From Guillardia theta CCMP2712 (lineage: Eukaryota; Protista; Cryptophyta): a stretch of DNA of 64,000 nucleotides. Below, piece after piece: positions 10,782-21,910 of this stretch (position 1 is the stretch's first letter; the number at the start of each line of letters is the position of its first letter). The notes below the pieces were generated by a model. That model did not search any database. It was given only the letters and a program-made list of their open reading frames with translations, and had not been told where the DNA came from. The stretch lies in the NCBI RefSeq assembly GCF_000315625.1, contig NW_005434518.1, forward strand, positions 13,809 through 77,808, written 5' to 3'. A program made the translations under genes and the position numbers.

Positions 10782-11186
10782 ATGACCTGCTCTCCTGCTT
10801 CTATCGTCCTCGTCGAGTCTAGCGTCCGGTGGTACCGCCCCGCCTCCTGCCTCCCTTCAAGCTCCCGGCCCAAGCGGCTCCTCCTCAGCCCCGACCAGCT
10901 CCGCTACCTCGAGCGCCTCCAGGACAAGCAGCGGCTGGCCAGCTCGGAGACCTGTGCGCAAGGGGAGGAGGACGCTGGGGCGGCTCGCGGCGGCAGGACG
11001 TCAGAGTCGAGACAGGCGTCAGCGGCATGGCCGAGCCTGCTTGACGAGATAGGCAGAGTGCGGGAGAGCAGGGGGGCGACCGCCCAGAGACAGCGAGACG
11101 GGAGGAAGAGGAGGGCCCCGGAGGCGGGGAGAGCGGAGGAAGAGTGTAGCCGCGAGCTTGCGGTGTGGGGGCAGAAGTGCATGTAA
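10782..11186 (+). CDS. Array-1 orphan protein copy 7 (MTCSP type)
   Basis: Near-identical core ORF. Confidence 0.55.
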   Translation: MTCSPASIVLVESSVRWYRPASCLPSSSRPKRLLLSPDQLRYLERLQDKQRLASSETCAQGEEDAGAARGGRTSESRQASAAWPSLLDEIGRVRESRGATAQRQRDGRKRRAPEAGRAEEECSRELAVWGQKCM

Positions 11187-11244
11187 CGTAATAGCTTGTG
11201 AATAGAGTGTGAATGCGCAAGGCCAGACTGAAACGCTCCGCCCC

Positions 11245-11880
11245 ATGATGGCGGGGGCTGAGTTGATGATTGTGCTGTACTTGGGGGGGGGCTGGGGAGA
11301 TCAAGAAGGTGCTGCCTGAGAGCAGAGGCTGTTTATGTAGTATGCGTTGGTCTACTCACAGACTGGGGCATCACGGGAGGGGTACTAAGTGAGTGTGAGG
11401 CGAGCTTTGAGTCTGCCGTTGCATGCTTGTGTCAGCTCGGATCGCTCAGGTGGCTGAGGGAGGCGCTTGGCACGTCGCTTGCCATCCCGGGCTGGTGATA
11501 CGTCTAGATGCAAACCCGCCTCTTCTCCAGCTTCTTTCAATCAGAGAACACGCTCATGACTGGGCTGAAGCTGCGGGGTAGGAGGGGGGGCGCGCACACT
11601 CAGATCGGTTTGCTGTAGATGCTCGCGTGCTGAAGCGCTACAGGTGCCCGACGGCCTCAAGCACCACGACATGCTCGTTCCGATGGACAAGCTCGGGATC
11701 CATTGGCTGAGGTCTCAACTTCGTTTGCGACCTTTTGAGGCTCGTGACCGGTCACGAGGACCAGACTGGGATTGGAAGCGAAAAGCCTCAAGTTCGGATC
11801 GCCTTGAGGCTGACTTGCATGGCCTCCGCATCGCAATGACCTCTTCTCGTTACCGGGCGGCACCCGCCAAGGAGGCCTAA
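11245..11880 (+). CDS. Spacer-B putative 4-exon gene, copy 4 (intact, about 164 aa, orphan)
   Basis: Exons 11245-11308, 11362-11388, 11436-11577 and 11619-11880 join in frame through GT-AG introns of 53, 47 and 41 nt. Confidence 0.45.
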
Positions 11881-12017
11881 ACCTCAACCGCTCAGCCCCA
11901 GGCCTACTCTCTCCGTGCCACACTCGTGACTTTTGCTGTACGCCCCCGCAACTAGTCGCATGTAAGCCATCGCACTTGCGACACCCTCAAGCAAGCTGCT
12001 GCCGCCCCCTCCCTCCC

Positions 12018-12416
12018 ATGGTAGCCAAGTCCATCGTCCTCGTCGAGTCTAGCGTCCGGTGGTACCGCCCCGCCTCCTGCCTCCCTTCAAGCTCCCGGCC
12101 CAAGCGGCTCCTCCTCAGCCCCGACCAGCTCCGCTACCTCGAGCGCCTCCAGGACAAGCAGCGGCTGGCCAGCTCGGAGACCTGTGCGCAAGGGGAGGAG
12201 GACGCTGGGGCGGCTCGCGGAGGCAGGACGTCAGAGTCGAGACAGGCGTCAGCGGCAAGGCCGAGCCTGCTTGACGAGATAGGCAGAGTGCGGGAGAGCA
12301 GGGGGGCGACCGCCCGGAGACAGCGAGACGGGAGGAAGAGGAGGGCCCCGGAGGCGGGGAGAGCGGAGGAGGAGTGTAGCCGCGAGCTTGCGGTGTGCGG
12401 GCAGAAGTGCATGTAA
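12018..12416 (+). CDS. Array-1 orphan protein copy 8 (MVAKS type)
   Basis: Near-identical core ORF. Confidence 0.55.
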   Translation: MVAKSIVLVESSVRWYRPASCLPSSSRPKRLLLSPDQLRYLERLQDKQRLASSETCAQGEEDAGAARGGRTSESRQASAARPSLLDEIGRVRESRGATARRQRDGRKRRAPEAGRAEEECSRELAVCGQKCM

Positions 12417-12474
12417 TGTAATAGCTTGTGAATAGAGTGTGAATGCACAAGGCCAGACTGAAACGCTCCGCCCC

Positions 12475-13110
12475 ATGATGGCGGGGGCTGAGTTGATGAT
12501 TGTGCTGTACTTGGGGGGGGGCTTGGGGATTGAGGATGGTGCTGCCTGAGAGCAGAGGCTGTTTATGTAGTATGCGTTGATCTATTCATAGACTGGGGCA
12601 TCACGGGAGGGGTACTAAGTGAGTGTGAGGCGAGCTTTGAGTCTGCCGTTGCATGCTTGTGTCAGCTCGGATCGCTCAGGTGGCTGAGGGAGGCGCTTGG
12701 CACGTCGCTTGCCATCCCGGGCTGGTGATACGTCTAGATGCAAACCCGCCTCTTCTCCAGCTTCTTTCAATCAGAGAACACGCTCATGACTGGGCTGAAG
12801 CTGCGGGGTAGAAGGGGGGGCGCGCACACTCAGATCGGTTTATTGTAGACGCTCGCGTGCTGAAGCGCTACAGGTGCCCGACGGCCTCAAGCACCACGAC
12901 ATGCTCGTTCCGATGGACAAGCTCGGGATCCATTACCTGAGGTCTCAACTTCGTTTGCGACCTTTTGAGGCTCGTGACCGGTCACGAGGACCAGACTGGG
13001 ATTGGAAGCGAAAAGCCTCAAGTTCGGATCGCCTTGAGGCTGACTTGCATGGCCTCCGCATCGCAATGACCTCTTCTCGTTACCGGGCGGCACCCGCCAA
13101 GGAGGCCTAA
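12475..13110 (+). CDS. Spacer-B putative 4-exon gene, copy 5 (intact, about 164 aa, orphan)
   Basis: Exons 12475-12538, 12592-12618, 12666-12807 and 12849-13110 join in frame: MMAGAELMIVLYLGGGLGIED-DWGITGGVL-TRIAQVAEGGAWHVACHPGLVIRLDANPPLLQLLSIREHAHDWAEAA-GRSRAEALQVPDGLKHHDM...APAKEA. Confidence 0.45.
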
Positions 13111-13248
13111 ACCTCAACCGCTCAGCCCCAGGCCTACTCTCTCCGTGCCACACTCGTGACTTTTGCCTGTACGCCCCCGCAACTAGTCGCATGTAAGCCA
13201 TCGCACTTGCGACACCCTCAAGCAAGCTGCTGCCGCCCCCTCCCTCCC

Positions 13249-13629
13249 ATGGTAGCCAAGTCCATCGTCCTCGTCGAGTCTAGCGTCCGGTGGTACCGCC
13301 CCGCCTCCTGCCTCCCTTCAAGCTCCCGGCCCAAGCGGCTCCTCCTCAGCCCCGACCAGCTCCGCTACCTCGAGCGCCTCCAGGACAAGCAGCGGCTGGC
13401 CAGCTCGGAGACCTGTGCGCAAGGGGAGGAGGACGCTGGGGCGGCTCGCGGCGGCAGGACGTCAGAGTCGAGACAGGCGTCAGCGGCATGGCCGAGCCTG
13501 CTTGACGAGATAGGCAGAGTGCGGGAGAGCAGGGGGGCGACCGCCCGGAGACAGCGAGACGGGAGGAAGAGGAGGGCCCCGGAGGCGGGGAGAGCGGAGG
13601 AGGAGTGTAGCCGCGAGCTTGCGGTGTGA
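13249..13629 (+). CDS. Array-1 orphan protein copy 9 (MVAKS type, short C-terminus)
   Basis: Near-identical core ORF; array ends at about 13681. Confidence 0.55.
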   Translation: MVAKSIVLVESSVRWYRPASCLPSSSRPKRLLLSPDQLRYLERLQDKQRLASSETCAQGEEDAGAARGGRTSESRQASAAWPSLLDEIGRVRESRGATARRQRDGRKRRAPEAGRAEEECSRELAV

Positions 13630-14680
13630 GGGGCAGAAGTGCATGTAATGTAATAGCTTGTGAACAGAGTGTGAATGCGCATGGCTAGGATTGGAGATGA
13701 TTTTCATTGTCCACGTTGATTGTGACGAGATCGGTCAGTGCAAGTGATCTGCTGTCTCAGCAAAGTTGCCAGTTTGGTTACAGCCATTTCAATCAGTAGT
13801 ATGAGTCAAGGATGACCTTTAATGTTTGAGTAAAGGATGTGTTTCAGACTGACATACTTCCTGTCGGAACAACTCAAAGTCAAAAGGATTGACCTTGGAA
13901 GACTGAGATGATCCCACCTCTCAACTGATGACGACATTCAGAGTGTCAACTGCCTGAGTGACATCGGCTCTAGTCAATCATGACTACTGAGCTAGCCTGA
14001 CGACGGTCACTGCACTACTGACTGGTTATTGACTGAAAGTACCTGGGCAGAGTGCCGGTTACATATCTCTACCAGACCGTTACAAAAAGACCGGTAGTTA
14101 CCCACACCGGTACAGTCACTTGACCCCACCCCTCAACTAATAAGGAAATTTGGACCACCATTCAGTCATAGGGAGGGGTCATGGGGTCATGGGGGTCGTG
14201 GCCTTCCAGTGGGGTTCCCTGCCTACGCGCTTCCAGGTATGGCGGGAAAGGGAGAAGGCGATGAAGAATGGAATGGGTGGTAGCGACGAAGAGAGACAGA
14301 GAAGACAAAGGGATAAGAACAGGCTGGATGAAATGAAAGAAATGATAAGCTCAAGTCCCAACTGAAATGTTGAATTTCTGCTTTTGTAGCTTCAATAAGA
14401 GCCTCCCACAAACAGGGCGAGAGAATTGAAAATGATGGTGTGAGGTAGGTTGTTGGACAGCCTCTGCATGGAAGTCGATGCCAGCAACTGGATATGATCG
14501 TGTTGTGCTATGCTTGCATTTTGCCGTCGTACATGTCAGAAGTAGTAAGGACTTGCAAAGCTCCAGCTTATAGTTTGTTGGAGCGCTACTGTGCATTTAG
14601 AGAGCTTGGTGGAATGGAGTGTGCGTAGACTTGTGCTAATGCTGTGTTCTGCATACAGAAGAAAATCTTCAAGCGCAGAA

Positions 14681-17600
14681 ATGGGCAAGAAAAATTGGGA
14701 GAGAAATTCAAAATTTCCAGAGACAACTAAATCAGAAGCTCCCAAAACAAGATCAGTCTTCTCGAATGAGAGGACTCAAAACCACGAGCTTGAAAGCAAG
14801 AAGGAGTCAAAACCCAGTAAGACTAGAGGTTCTAGCCAAACACATCTTTCTGCAAAGAAGAACTCAATAGGTGCGTCCGTTGACTTGAGGAGGTGGTAAT
14901 CACCGTCATGCGCAGATGAGGAGGGTAATGCAAGGAGAGATTCATTGAGGAAGACGCGAAATAGCGCCAGCAGCAGCAAAAGCACGTCTGAGCCTGACCC
15001 TGGGTGAGAATGATTCAATACATGTGAAGGAGACCTTTGCTTATTTAGTCTCAGGTTAACGGACGGTGCGAACAAAGAAGAACTGACGGAAGTGATAACA
15101 GAAGTAGTGTATCTGTCTCCGCACGATGAAGAATCAGACAAGGACTTCGAGTTTCTGATTGAAGATGATCAGAAGGAATCAGGATCTCGCACAAAGTACC
15201 CGCCATGGCCCTACTTTGTGAACTGTAGAGTTGAAGCCCTGTATGATGATGGGATTTGGTATCAGGGAATACTCAAAGATGGACCCAAAGGCACTGGCAG
15301 CCACGAGGAGAAGCTCTTTCAGATTATCTTCGATGACGGTGAAGAAATTTGGACGGAGCTTCCAGCTGATGATATTAGAATGGTGGAGGCTGTTCCAAAG
15401 AAAGGGCTCAAAGTGTTTGTGTATCTTGATGCAAGTAGGTCCTCCAAGAAGTCGGCCATCCTTTATCAGAGCCATGACAACTTGCATGTCAAGGTTGGAG
15501 GAAAGAGCTGCTCGCTCACATCCTTTTGTGCTATGGATGATGCATCGCAACCTCAACCGCATCCTTATGATGCTGTCTGGGTGGCACAATCCCCTGAGCT
15601 GTCGCTGCTTCAATACTTCCAAAAAGCCTTCGGTGGGGAATGCGAGGCTGTGCAAGGAGAACAAAGTATTCCGGATTCTTCTGCTCAACCAAAGCTGATT
15701 CCTGGTCAAGAAGCTCCAATGTCAAAACGGAGCCTCTTGCCGAAAGATTGGAAAGTATTGGTCAAGGATGATAATAGCCATTACAACTACATCGCTCCAG
15801 ACGGAACAATCTTTTCGAACCTGCGCAGTGCTTTGACGTATGCTGGTAAGCATGAAGCAGATGAAATCTCAGCATCGGAGCCTCGAATGAAGAGCAGTGC
15901 AGAAGAGCAGACTGAAAGTATTTCCAACTCTCAATCGTTGAACAGTAAGGAAGCCAAAAGAGACCAGAATCAAAGGGATACGAGTGAGCACGAAAAGAAT
16001 ATCAAGTTTGAGACTGAAGTGAAGAGAAAAGGCAAGGCCAAGAATGTAGATTCAAAAGATTCAGACAAATCTGCTCAAGATGATACAAGAGATGATATGG
16101 AGGTTGTAACACGATCTTTGCGAAAGAGAACAAAAGGAACACCTTCCAACGAATCTTCTTCCAAGAATGTACTTGAAGTACAATCAGCTCCTGCAACCCA
16201 GTCCTTCCAAGCCACCAGTTCTGAAAATGCTGTCCAGTCAGAAGAGACAGTCAGACCTCAAGAAGATAGACCTGCTTCAGACGCCATACCCCAGACGAAG
16301 GTGATTCTGTTCGAAGAAGACGTGGATGTCGAAGAGATGGACAAGTCGTCGGCAGCAGACGGGAAGGATTCTGAGCACCAGTCGGATCTAGAAGACGAAA
16401 GCGAATTTGAAGGAGTCATTGAAGAAATAGAAGCTGAAGATGATGCTGGCCAAGGTCAGGAAGGAAGTTTCATCGAAGAGGTGGAAGTAGACGAGAGCTC
16501 TGAAACCTCGACCTTGGCCGTCGAGCAAGGAGCTTCTGAAGACACCCAAGAAAACGACAAGTCGGTAGAAGACGATTCTGTTACCAAGGGTACGGCTGCC
16601 AACCAGCGGCAGTTCAATGTCGGAGATTTTGTCTCTGTAGAAGATTGCACAAAGAGATGGTGTACGTGCGAAATTTTGAAGAAAATTGACGGGAAGGTGA
16701 AAGTACATTACATCAATTGGAGTAGCGACTGGGATGAATGGATTGACGTGACGTCAGACAGGATACAGGAAAGCGATGTGATTATCGACAATGGAAAGAG
16801 AAAGTCTTCCAAAATATCCAAAGAATCTGCTGCCATAAAAAAGCCAAAGCCAAAAACAATCAAACCTAGGATAGACAGGATTCCCAACTTTGAAGAGAAA
16901 CAGTCATGGGTATGTTCAGTAGACATGAAGAAGGGATTTGCCAACGGGAACAGATACATCGGAGAACAGGTTCGCATCCGAGACAGGACACATGGTCTTT
17001 TGCGTGGTGCAATCGATGACTTTGACGAGCGAGGGTTTCACGTGGCTATCGAGGGTGACATGGAAAACCGCTGGATTCGTTTGCCAGATCCAGATGTCGA
17101 CTTTCTACAGATAGTAGCAGCACGGCCCGAAGTAAACCAGTATCCAAGGAGGACGAACCGCCTTTCCTTTGTATGTACAGGCTGTGAGAAACAGTTTCAG
17201 ACAAAGCAAGGTCTGCACTTCCATATTTCTCGCTCAGAAGAGTGCCAGAATGTATTTTATAACCTGAACATCCCACTTCCTCCTGGAATCGCATGGAAAA
17301 TTTCCAAGAAGAACAACCAAAAGAGCAGAACCAGCACCAGTCTTGCATCGGCATCATCAGGACCTTTGCACTCAAAACCCAGTGAGTTGCACAAAAGCGC
17401 CTTCAAGCAAAAGAAGAGGAAAAGTGACCTGGAGATTTCGGACATTGAGAAACGACAAAAGGTTTTGTCAAGTGAATCATTCGCATTCGTCTCAAGTCCT
17501 CAGATCAAAGACAACTCTTCATCCAGGGCGAGTAACGGACGGTCCATCGCTTCTTTGGTCATAGCAGAAGTTCTCAGAAGGAGGGCCACAGGTGAATGTC

Positions 17601-18181
17601 ATGATGTTTTTCAGCATCAAGTTATGTGCGTTGAAGGCGAAATGATACCGAACAACTTGCAAGCCCTTGCAGAAGTTGTGCGTCAGCCGATACAAAGTAG
17701 CTGTTTGACATGGACAGGACCACCAGGAACGGTAACTCGGTTCGCAGGCTCAAACAAAGCTCCAAAAGCAGTATCTTCAGCTGTTTCATCGACAAACAAG
17801 GTGGGAGCTGCGGCTCTCGTCTCTTGATTGTGACTTTGCTGCAGCCTGAGCCACGAGAACCTGCTAGGAAAGCCTGTGTGCTAGAGCCCCTGAGGTCACT
17901 CTACACTCGTTGGTCCAGCAAAATTTCCTTGACTCGCACTTGGCAGGGGCTCTCAAGCTAGGCAAGCCATCGCTCAATTCTTGGAGAAGAACAACTATTT
18001 CGGGATGGCAGATTTGAAGGTTTTCATATATTGTGCTTGCTTGGCTGAGTATGAAGATTTGGTTTACAGCAGGTTCTCAGTCAAAAGTTTAGATTTCAGA
18101 AAATTGCGTTCTCTTAAAGAAAAACCATTGAAGGCACTTGGAACGTTTGCCGTGCTCGAAAGAATCGAATCAGTGGAGTGA
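14681..18181 (+). CDS. Multidomain chromatin protein (Tudor-like x3, SAND/TDBD/RAMA-like, MBD-like, C2H2 zinc finger)
   Basis: ATG 14681; introns 14871-14915 and 15004-15054 join in frame to the 911-aa ORF; further short introns after 17800, so the 3' end is approximate. Motifs: RVEALYDDGIWYQG..FQIIFDDGE; LPKDWKV..YNYIAPDGTIFSNLRSALTY; FNVGDFV..VKVHYINWSSDWDEWI; FVCTGCEKQFQTKQGLHFH. Confidence 0.85.
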
Positions 18182-18330
18182 TAGAAGCTTTATGATGACA
18201 ACACAATCTCAGGGCGAAGCGTGAAGCAAGTGTTCTAGACAGGTTCCCGCCGGGAGCTCGTGGAAATTCGTGGGGTTGTGCTCTGGAAGTTTGCCAGCAA
18301 GTCCAGTGGGTCCAAACCTGCAGCATCCGC

Positions 18331-19218
18331 TCAGAACATGCAGGAGGGCGAGGGAGTCCGATGAAGCTCGCCTCCTTGCTCAGCTCTCTTCTCGCACCAC
18401 TGCTCCACGGCATCGACCTGTGGCCATGCAAGCGCAGCTCAACGAGGTAGTGAGGAGCTGAGAACGATGGGCCACCTGATAGATGAAATCCGCGACTTCT
18501 CTGTGCCCTGCTCGTTGCGCAACCTCCTGAGCAGTCATGTTCATCAAGCCCTTGGCTCTGATGGATGTTGTGGCTCCGTTCTTGATCAGCTCAGTGACAG
18601 CATCGAGGTGACCTTGAGGTAAGATGCGTCACGAGTGCGGCACGAGAGTTGATATGGTAGAGACGAGGAGGAGAGGAGAAGGGGAGGAGGAGAGGGAAAC
18701 AGTGTGTACACATCACAGGACGGGGAAACGAGTGAGAAAGGGAGAGGAGAGGAGAGGAGAGGAGAGGAGAGGAGAGGAGAGGAGAGGAGAGGAGAGGAGA
18801 GGAGAGGAGAGGAGAGGAGAGGAGAGGAGAGGAGAGGAGAGGAGAGGAGAGGAGAGGAGAGGAGAGGAGAGGAGAGGAGAGGAGAGGAGAGGAGAGGGGC
18901 AAGGGTAAGCCTAGCACCTTCTTTCGCGGCGAAATGCAGAGCTGTCAGACCCCTCTCATCGACCATGTCCACGTCTACCCCCTACGGTCACGTCAGGCAC
19001 AAGACTGGTGGAGGCTCATCAACCTTGTCCAGCTCGAACTTGATGCCCGGCAATGAACCTCGGTACGCCGACGAGTGGAGCGCGGTTGTTGGGATGAAGC
19101 TAGTGGCGTCGGAGTATCAGGCCTTCCCACGTCGCCTCCTCCTGCTCTCTCACCTGCTCTCGTAAGGGGTTCTGCTGTCGCAGCAAGCTGTCATCGGCTT
19201 GCATGCCTCGGCCCCCAT
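18331..19218 (-). CDS. Small ankyrin-repeat protein (5 exons)
   Basis: Manual splicing gives MGAEACKPMTACCDSRTPYESS-FIPTTALHSSAYRGSLPGIKFELDK-GVDVDMVDERGLTALHFAAKEG-HLDAVTELIKNGA...TAQEVAQRAGHREVADFIYQ-VDAVEQWCE...SCMF*. Confidence 0.85.
18741..18895. repeat. (GAGAG)n microsatellite, intronic
   Basis: About 30 perfect pentamer units inside an ankyrin-gene intron. Confidence 0.95.
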
Positions 19219-20882
19219 GTCCCCCGCTTGTCAGTCTCAGCCTCGCCTGCCCTCACACATTCGTTACAGACAACCCAGAAACAACCAAGGTCCTCATCAA
19301 GGAATGTAGGAACTGTCAACTTAGTTTGCATACAACGAAATATCCACAACATCCACAGTCTCATAAATCGTTGTCATCATCTCTGTTGGTTTCCAATCAA
19401 CGTTTTTGTTCAGCTCTCGCCTTTCTTCACCGCGATTGCAAAACAAACGCATAAGTGCCGAAAGAAGTTCTCGCGAAGAACTGAAATACTTCCTCCTCGC
19501 CTTTCCACTCTCCTCGACTTTTATCCTCAACTACCTCTTCTCCTCTGTCCTGTCCTGCCTTTTGTCCTCAATGTATCTGTTCAGTCTCCCCTCCCGTCTT
19601 GGTTCATTTTCTAATACTCAAGACCTCTCTGAACCTCTCCACTTGCGATCCAAGTGTTCAGCATCAAAGACTTCCAACCCCCTTCAGACATGAGCGGCTG
19701 ACGTCCATAACCGCCTTTTCTTCCCTCATAGCACCATTGAAGCAGGTGATCTCTCAACGTTGAGAGATGGTCGTCCCCTCAGTCGGGTCTCTTTCTTCCG
19801 CCCGCACGGTGCTCCTCACTGAGTCAGTCACAACTAAGCTTCGCCGTTCAGAGTCGCCGAGTCGGAGTCGAGCTCCTGCCAGCACTCGCTGTGCTCCTGC
19901 TCCTGCTCCTGGAGTACTGCTTCCTGCTCGAGCTCCTGCTCCTGTACCTGCCGTTCATCTGCTCCTGCGCACCACCATTGGTACGGACTCCGGTCACTGG
20001 TGACCCGCCCCGCCGTAGGGCAGTCAACACATATGTAACGCTTACGGTTACGAACGGTTTCATTTAATGTAGCTGATCTGTAACGGGCCAATGGGTTTTA
20101 TAGTTTTATAAAAGGCTCCTCAGATTTCTTTGGTTGAGAAAAACATTTGTATAGACTCTTAAAACATATGAAATGATTAATAGTGCAAAATTAAATTCAA
20201 CTTATAAGTACACTACGAATTGTCTCTTTTTTAAAACTATAAAATATTTTTTAACTTTATAAGGTTCCTCCCGCACCCTGTCAGCCCTGACACCCCATTT
20301 TAGTACCCCACCCCTTCCCCATTAGTACCCCCGAATACCCAGTACCCTTCCCACTCATCTGTCAGGACCCCTAGTTTCTACATCCCCCTCCCTCGATTCC
20401 AAATTCAGCCCATCCCCATCCTTGCTACCGGTCCTTTCTACTTCTATCACCCCCTTGCTTCTCCATGTAGAGGTACCCCTACAGGTGTAGTACCCCCACC
20501 CCTTCCTCCTCCACCCAGGCGACTCTCCCCCTAGGAGCAGCCTCCGTTCCTCCCTCCAGGCTCCCTCCTCTCCCTTCCCTCCTCCTCCTCCCTCACTCGT
20601 GCAGTTTCCATCCTTGCTCTCGATCTTGCGATCCTTCATACAGGTGCTTCTCAGCGCCCGATCGCTCCTACACAGTACATCAGATCGCTGTTCCCTTGCT
20701 CGTTGCTGTGCACATGCACCACTGAGGGAACGTTGGCATCCTTCGCTCGTGGATCCTTGGAACAGGATCCCCTCGCTCTTGAAGGCTCGAGGCGAGCTCG
20801 AGCATCCTGCAGCAACATCTAGCTCCTCCATCGACTCTTGAGAGACACCAGCGAGAGGGTCCGCGTGCAGCGTCATAGGAGA

Positions 20883-21910
20883 ATGCCACGGTTCGACCAC
20901 ATCGCACTGACTTCAACAGCGATCTTGATCGCCGTCATCCTGCAGAGCAGCCATGCTGTTGCAAAGCTCCTTGTTGCCTTTCCTGACCCCAGAGTGCATC
21001 CTGTGGCGTGCGGACGGGTGGGTCTCAAGTCCTCTCTAGTTTGCGACCCCTCCGGGATTCTCACCTCAGGGGGGCAAGACAAGGTCGACATGGTAGCCAG
21101 GTAAGAGAGCAAGAAGATGCCGGCTTGCAACAGTCCTTGACATCTGCCTTGAACAGGAGCGTGTCATCGCAGATCCTCTCAGCAGCCGTCGTGGTGATGC
21201 CCAAGGCAAACGTGGGAGCTCCCAACTCCACTGGCTCCTTCCACTGCAACGATGCGGCCAAGCACAAGGCCGAGAGGATCCTGACGTCCTGGGGGAACGG
21301 TCTCACGGTGCTGATCCTTGCATCCAAGGATGATCGGCAGTTCTGCATCGTCCAGCAGAACCCCAAGTCAGAGCTCGTGAAGAAGGAGGACGTGGATCAT
21401 ATCTACAAAGTAGTCGAGGAGCTGCTCTCCGTGCAGAACCAGGTGACCATGGATCTGCTGGATAGTGCGATCATATCAGCGCTGCTGAGACTGTGGGAGA
21501 GATCGACGGTGGATAAGGCACATGCTCACATGAAGGTTATGCGCCCCTCTAACAGGGAGCTCATGCAAATGTTCATCGCTCAGTGCATTCCTTTCATCGG
21601 GTTCGGCATCACCGACAACGGCCTAATGATAATCTTCGGTGAAGCCATCGAGCAGTTCCTTGGTAAGCTGATGGGCCTCTCCACCATGGGAGCAGCTGCC
21701 ACCGGCAACCTCCTCTCGGACATTGCAGGGATTTTCCTGGGAGGACAAGTCCAGGCCATCGCTTCTCGTCTCGGGGCAGCCGAGCCGGACCTGACGCTAG
21801 AGCAGAGGAGTTTGACCATTACAAGAACGTGCAAGCAGCTGGGAGAGACGGTCGGCATCACGATTGGGTGTATCATCGGCATGGCTCCCCTGCTCTACAT
21901 GGAGAAGTGA
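20883..21910 (+). CDS. Signal peptide + MOLO1/TPM-like domain + TMEM65 (DUF2453) domain fusion protein
   Basis: ATG 20883, one intron 21101-21156 in frame. N-terminal part FPDPR..CGR..SLVCDPSGIL; C-terminal part IPFIGFGITDNGLMIIFGE..LSTMGAAATGNLLSDIAG..GITIGCIIGMAPL. Confidence 0.85.

Larger units (their letters stand above)
2419..13681 (+). repeat. Tandem array 1: 9 copies of a ~440-bp core (C) separated by spacer B (~790 bp) or spacer D+A (~960 bp)
   Basis: Order A-C-B-C-B-C-DA-C-B-C-DA-C-DA-C-B-C-B-C. Cores start near 2925, 4144, 5374, 6774, 8004, 9403, 10803, 12033 and 13264; copies nearly identical; N-gap at 8850-8961. Confidence 0.95.

Noticed and set aside
2419-13681. Array 1 as CRISPR, rDNA, snRNA or spliced-leader array
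   Set aside because: Units exceed 1 kb with only two spacer types; no recognisable RNA-gene sequence. TACCCGCTGA in module A resembles the 28S 5' region for only about 10 nt.
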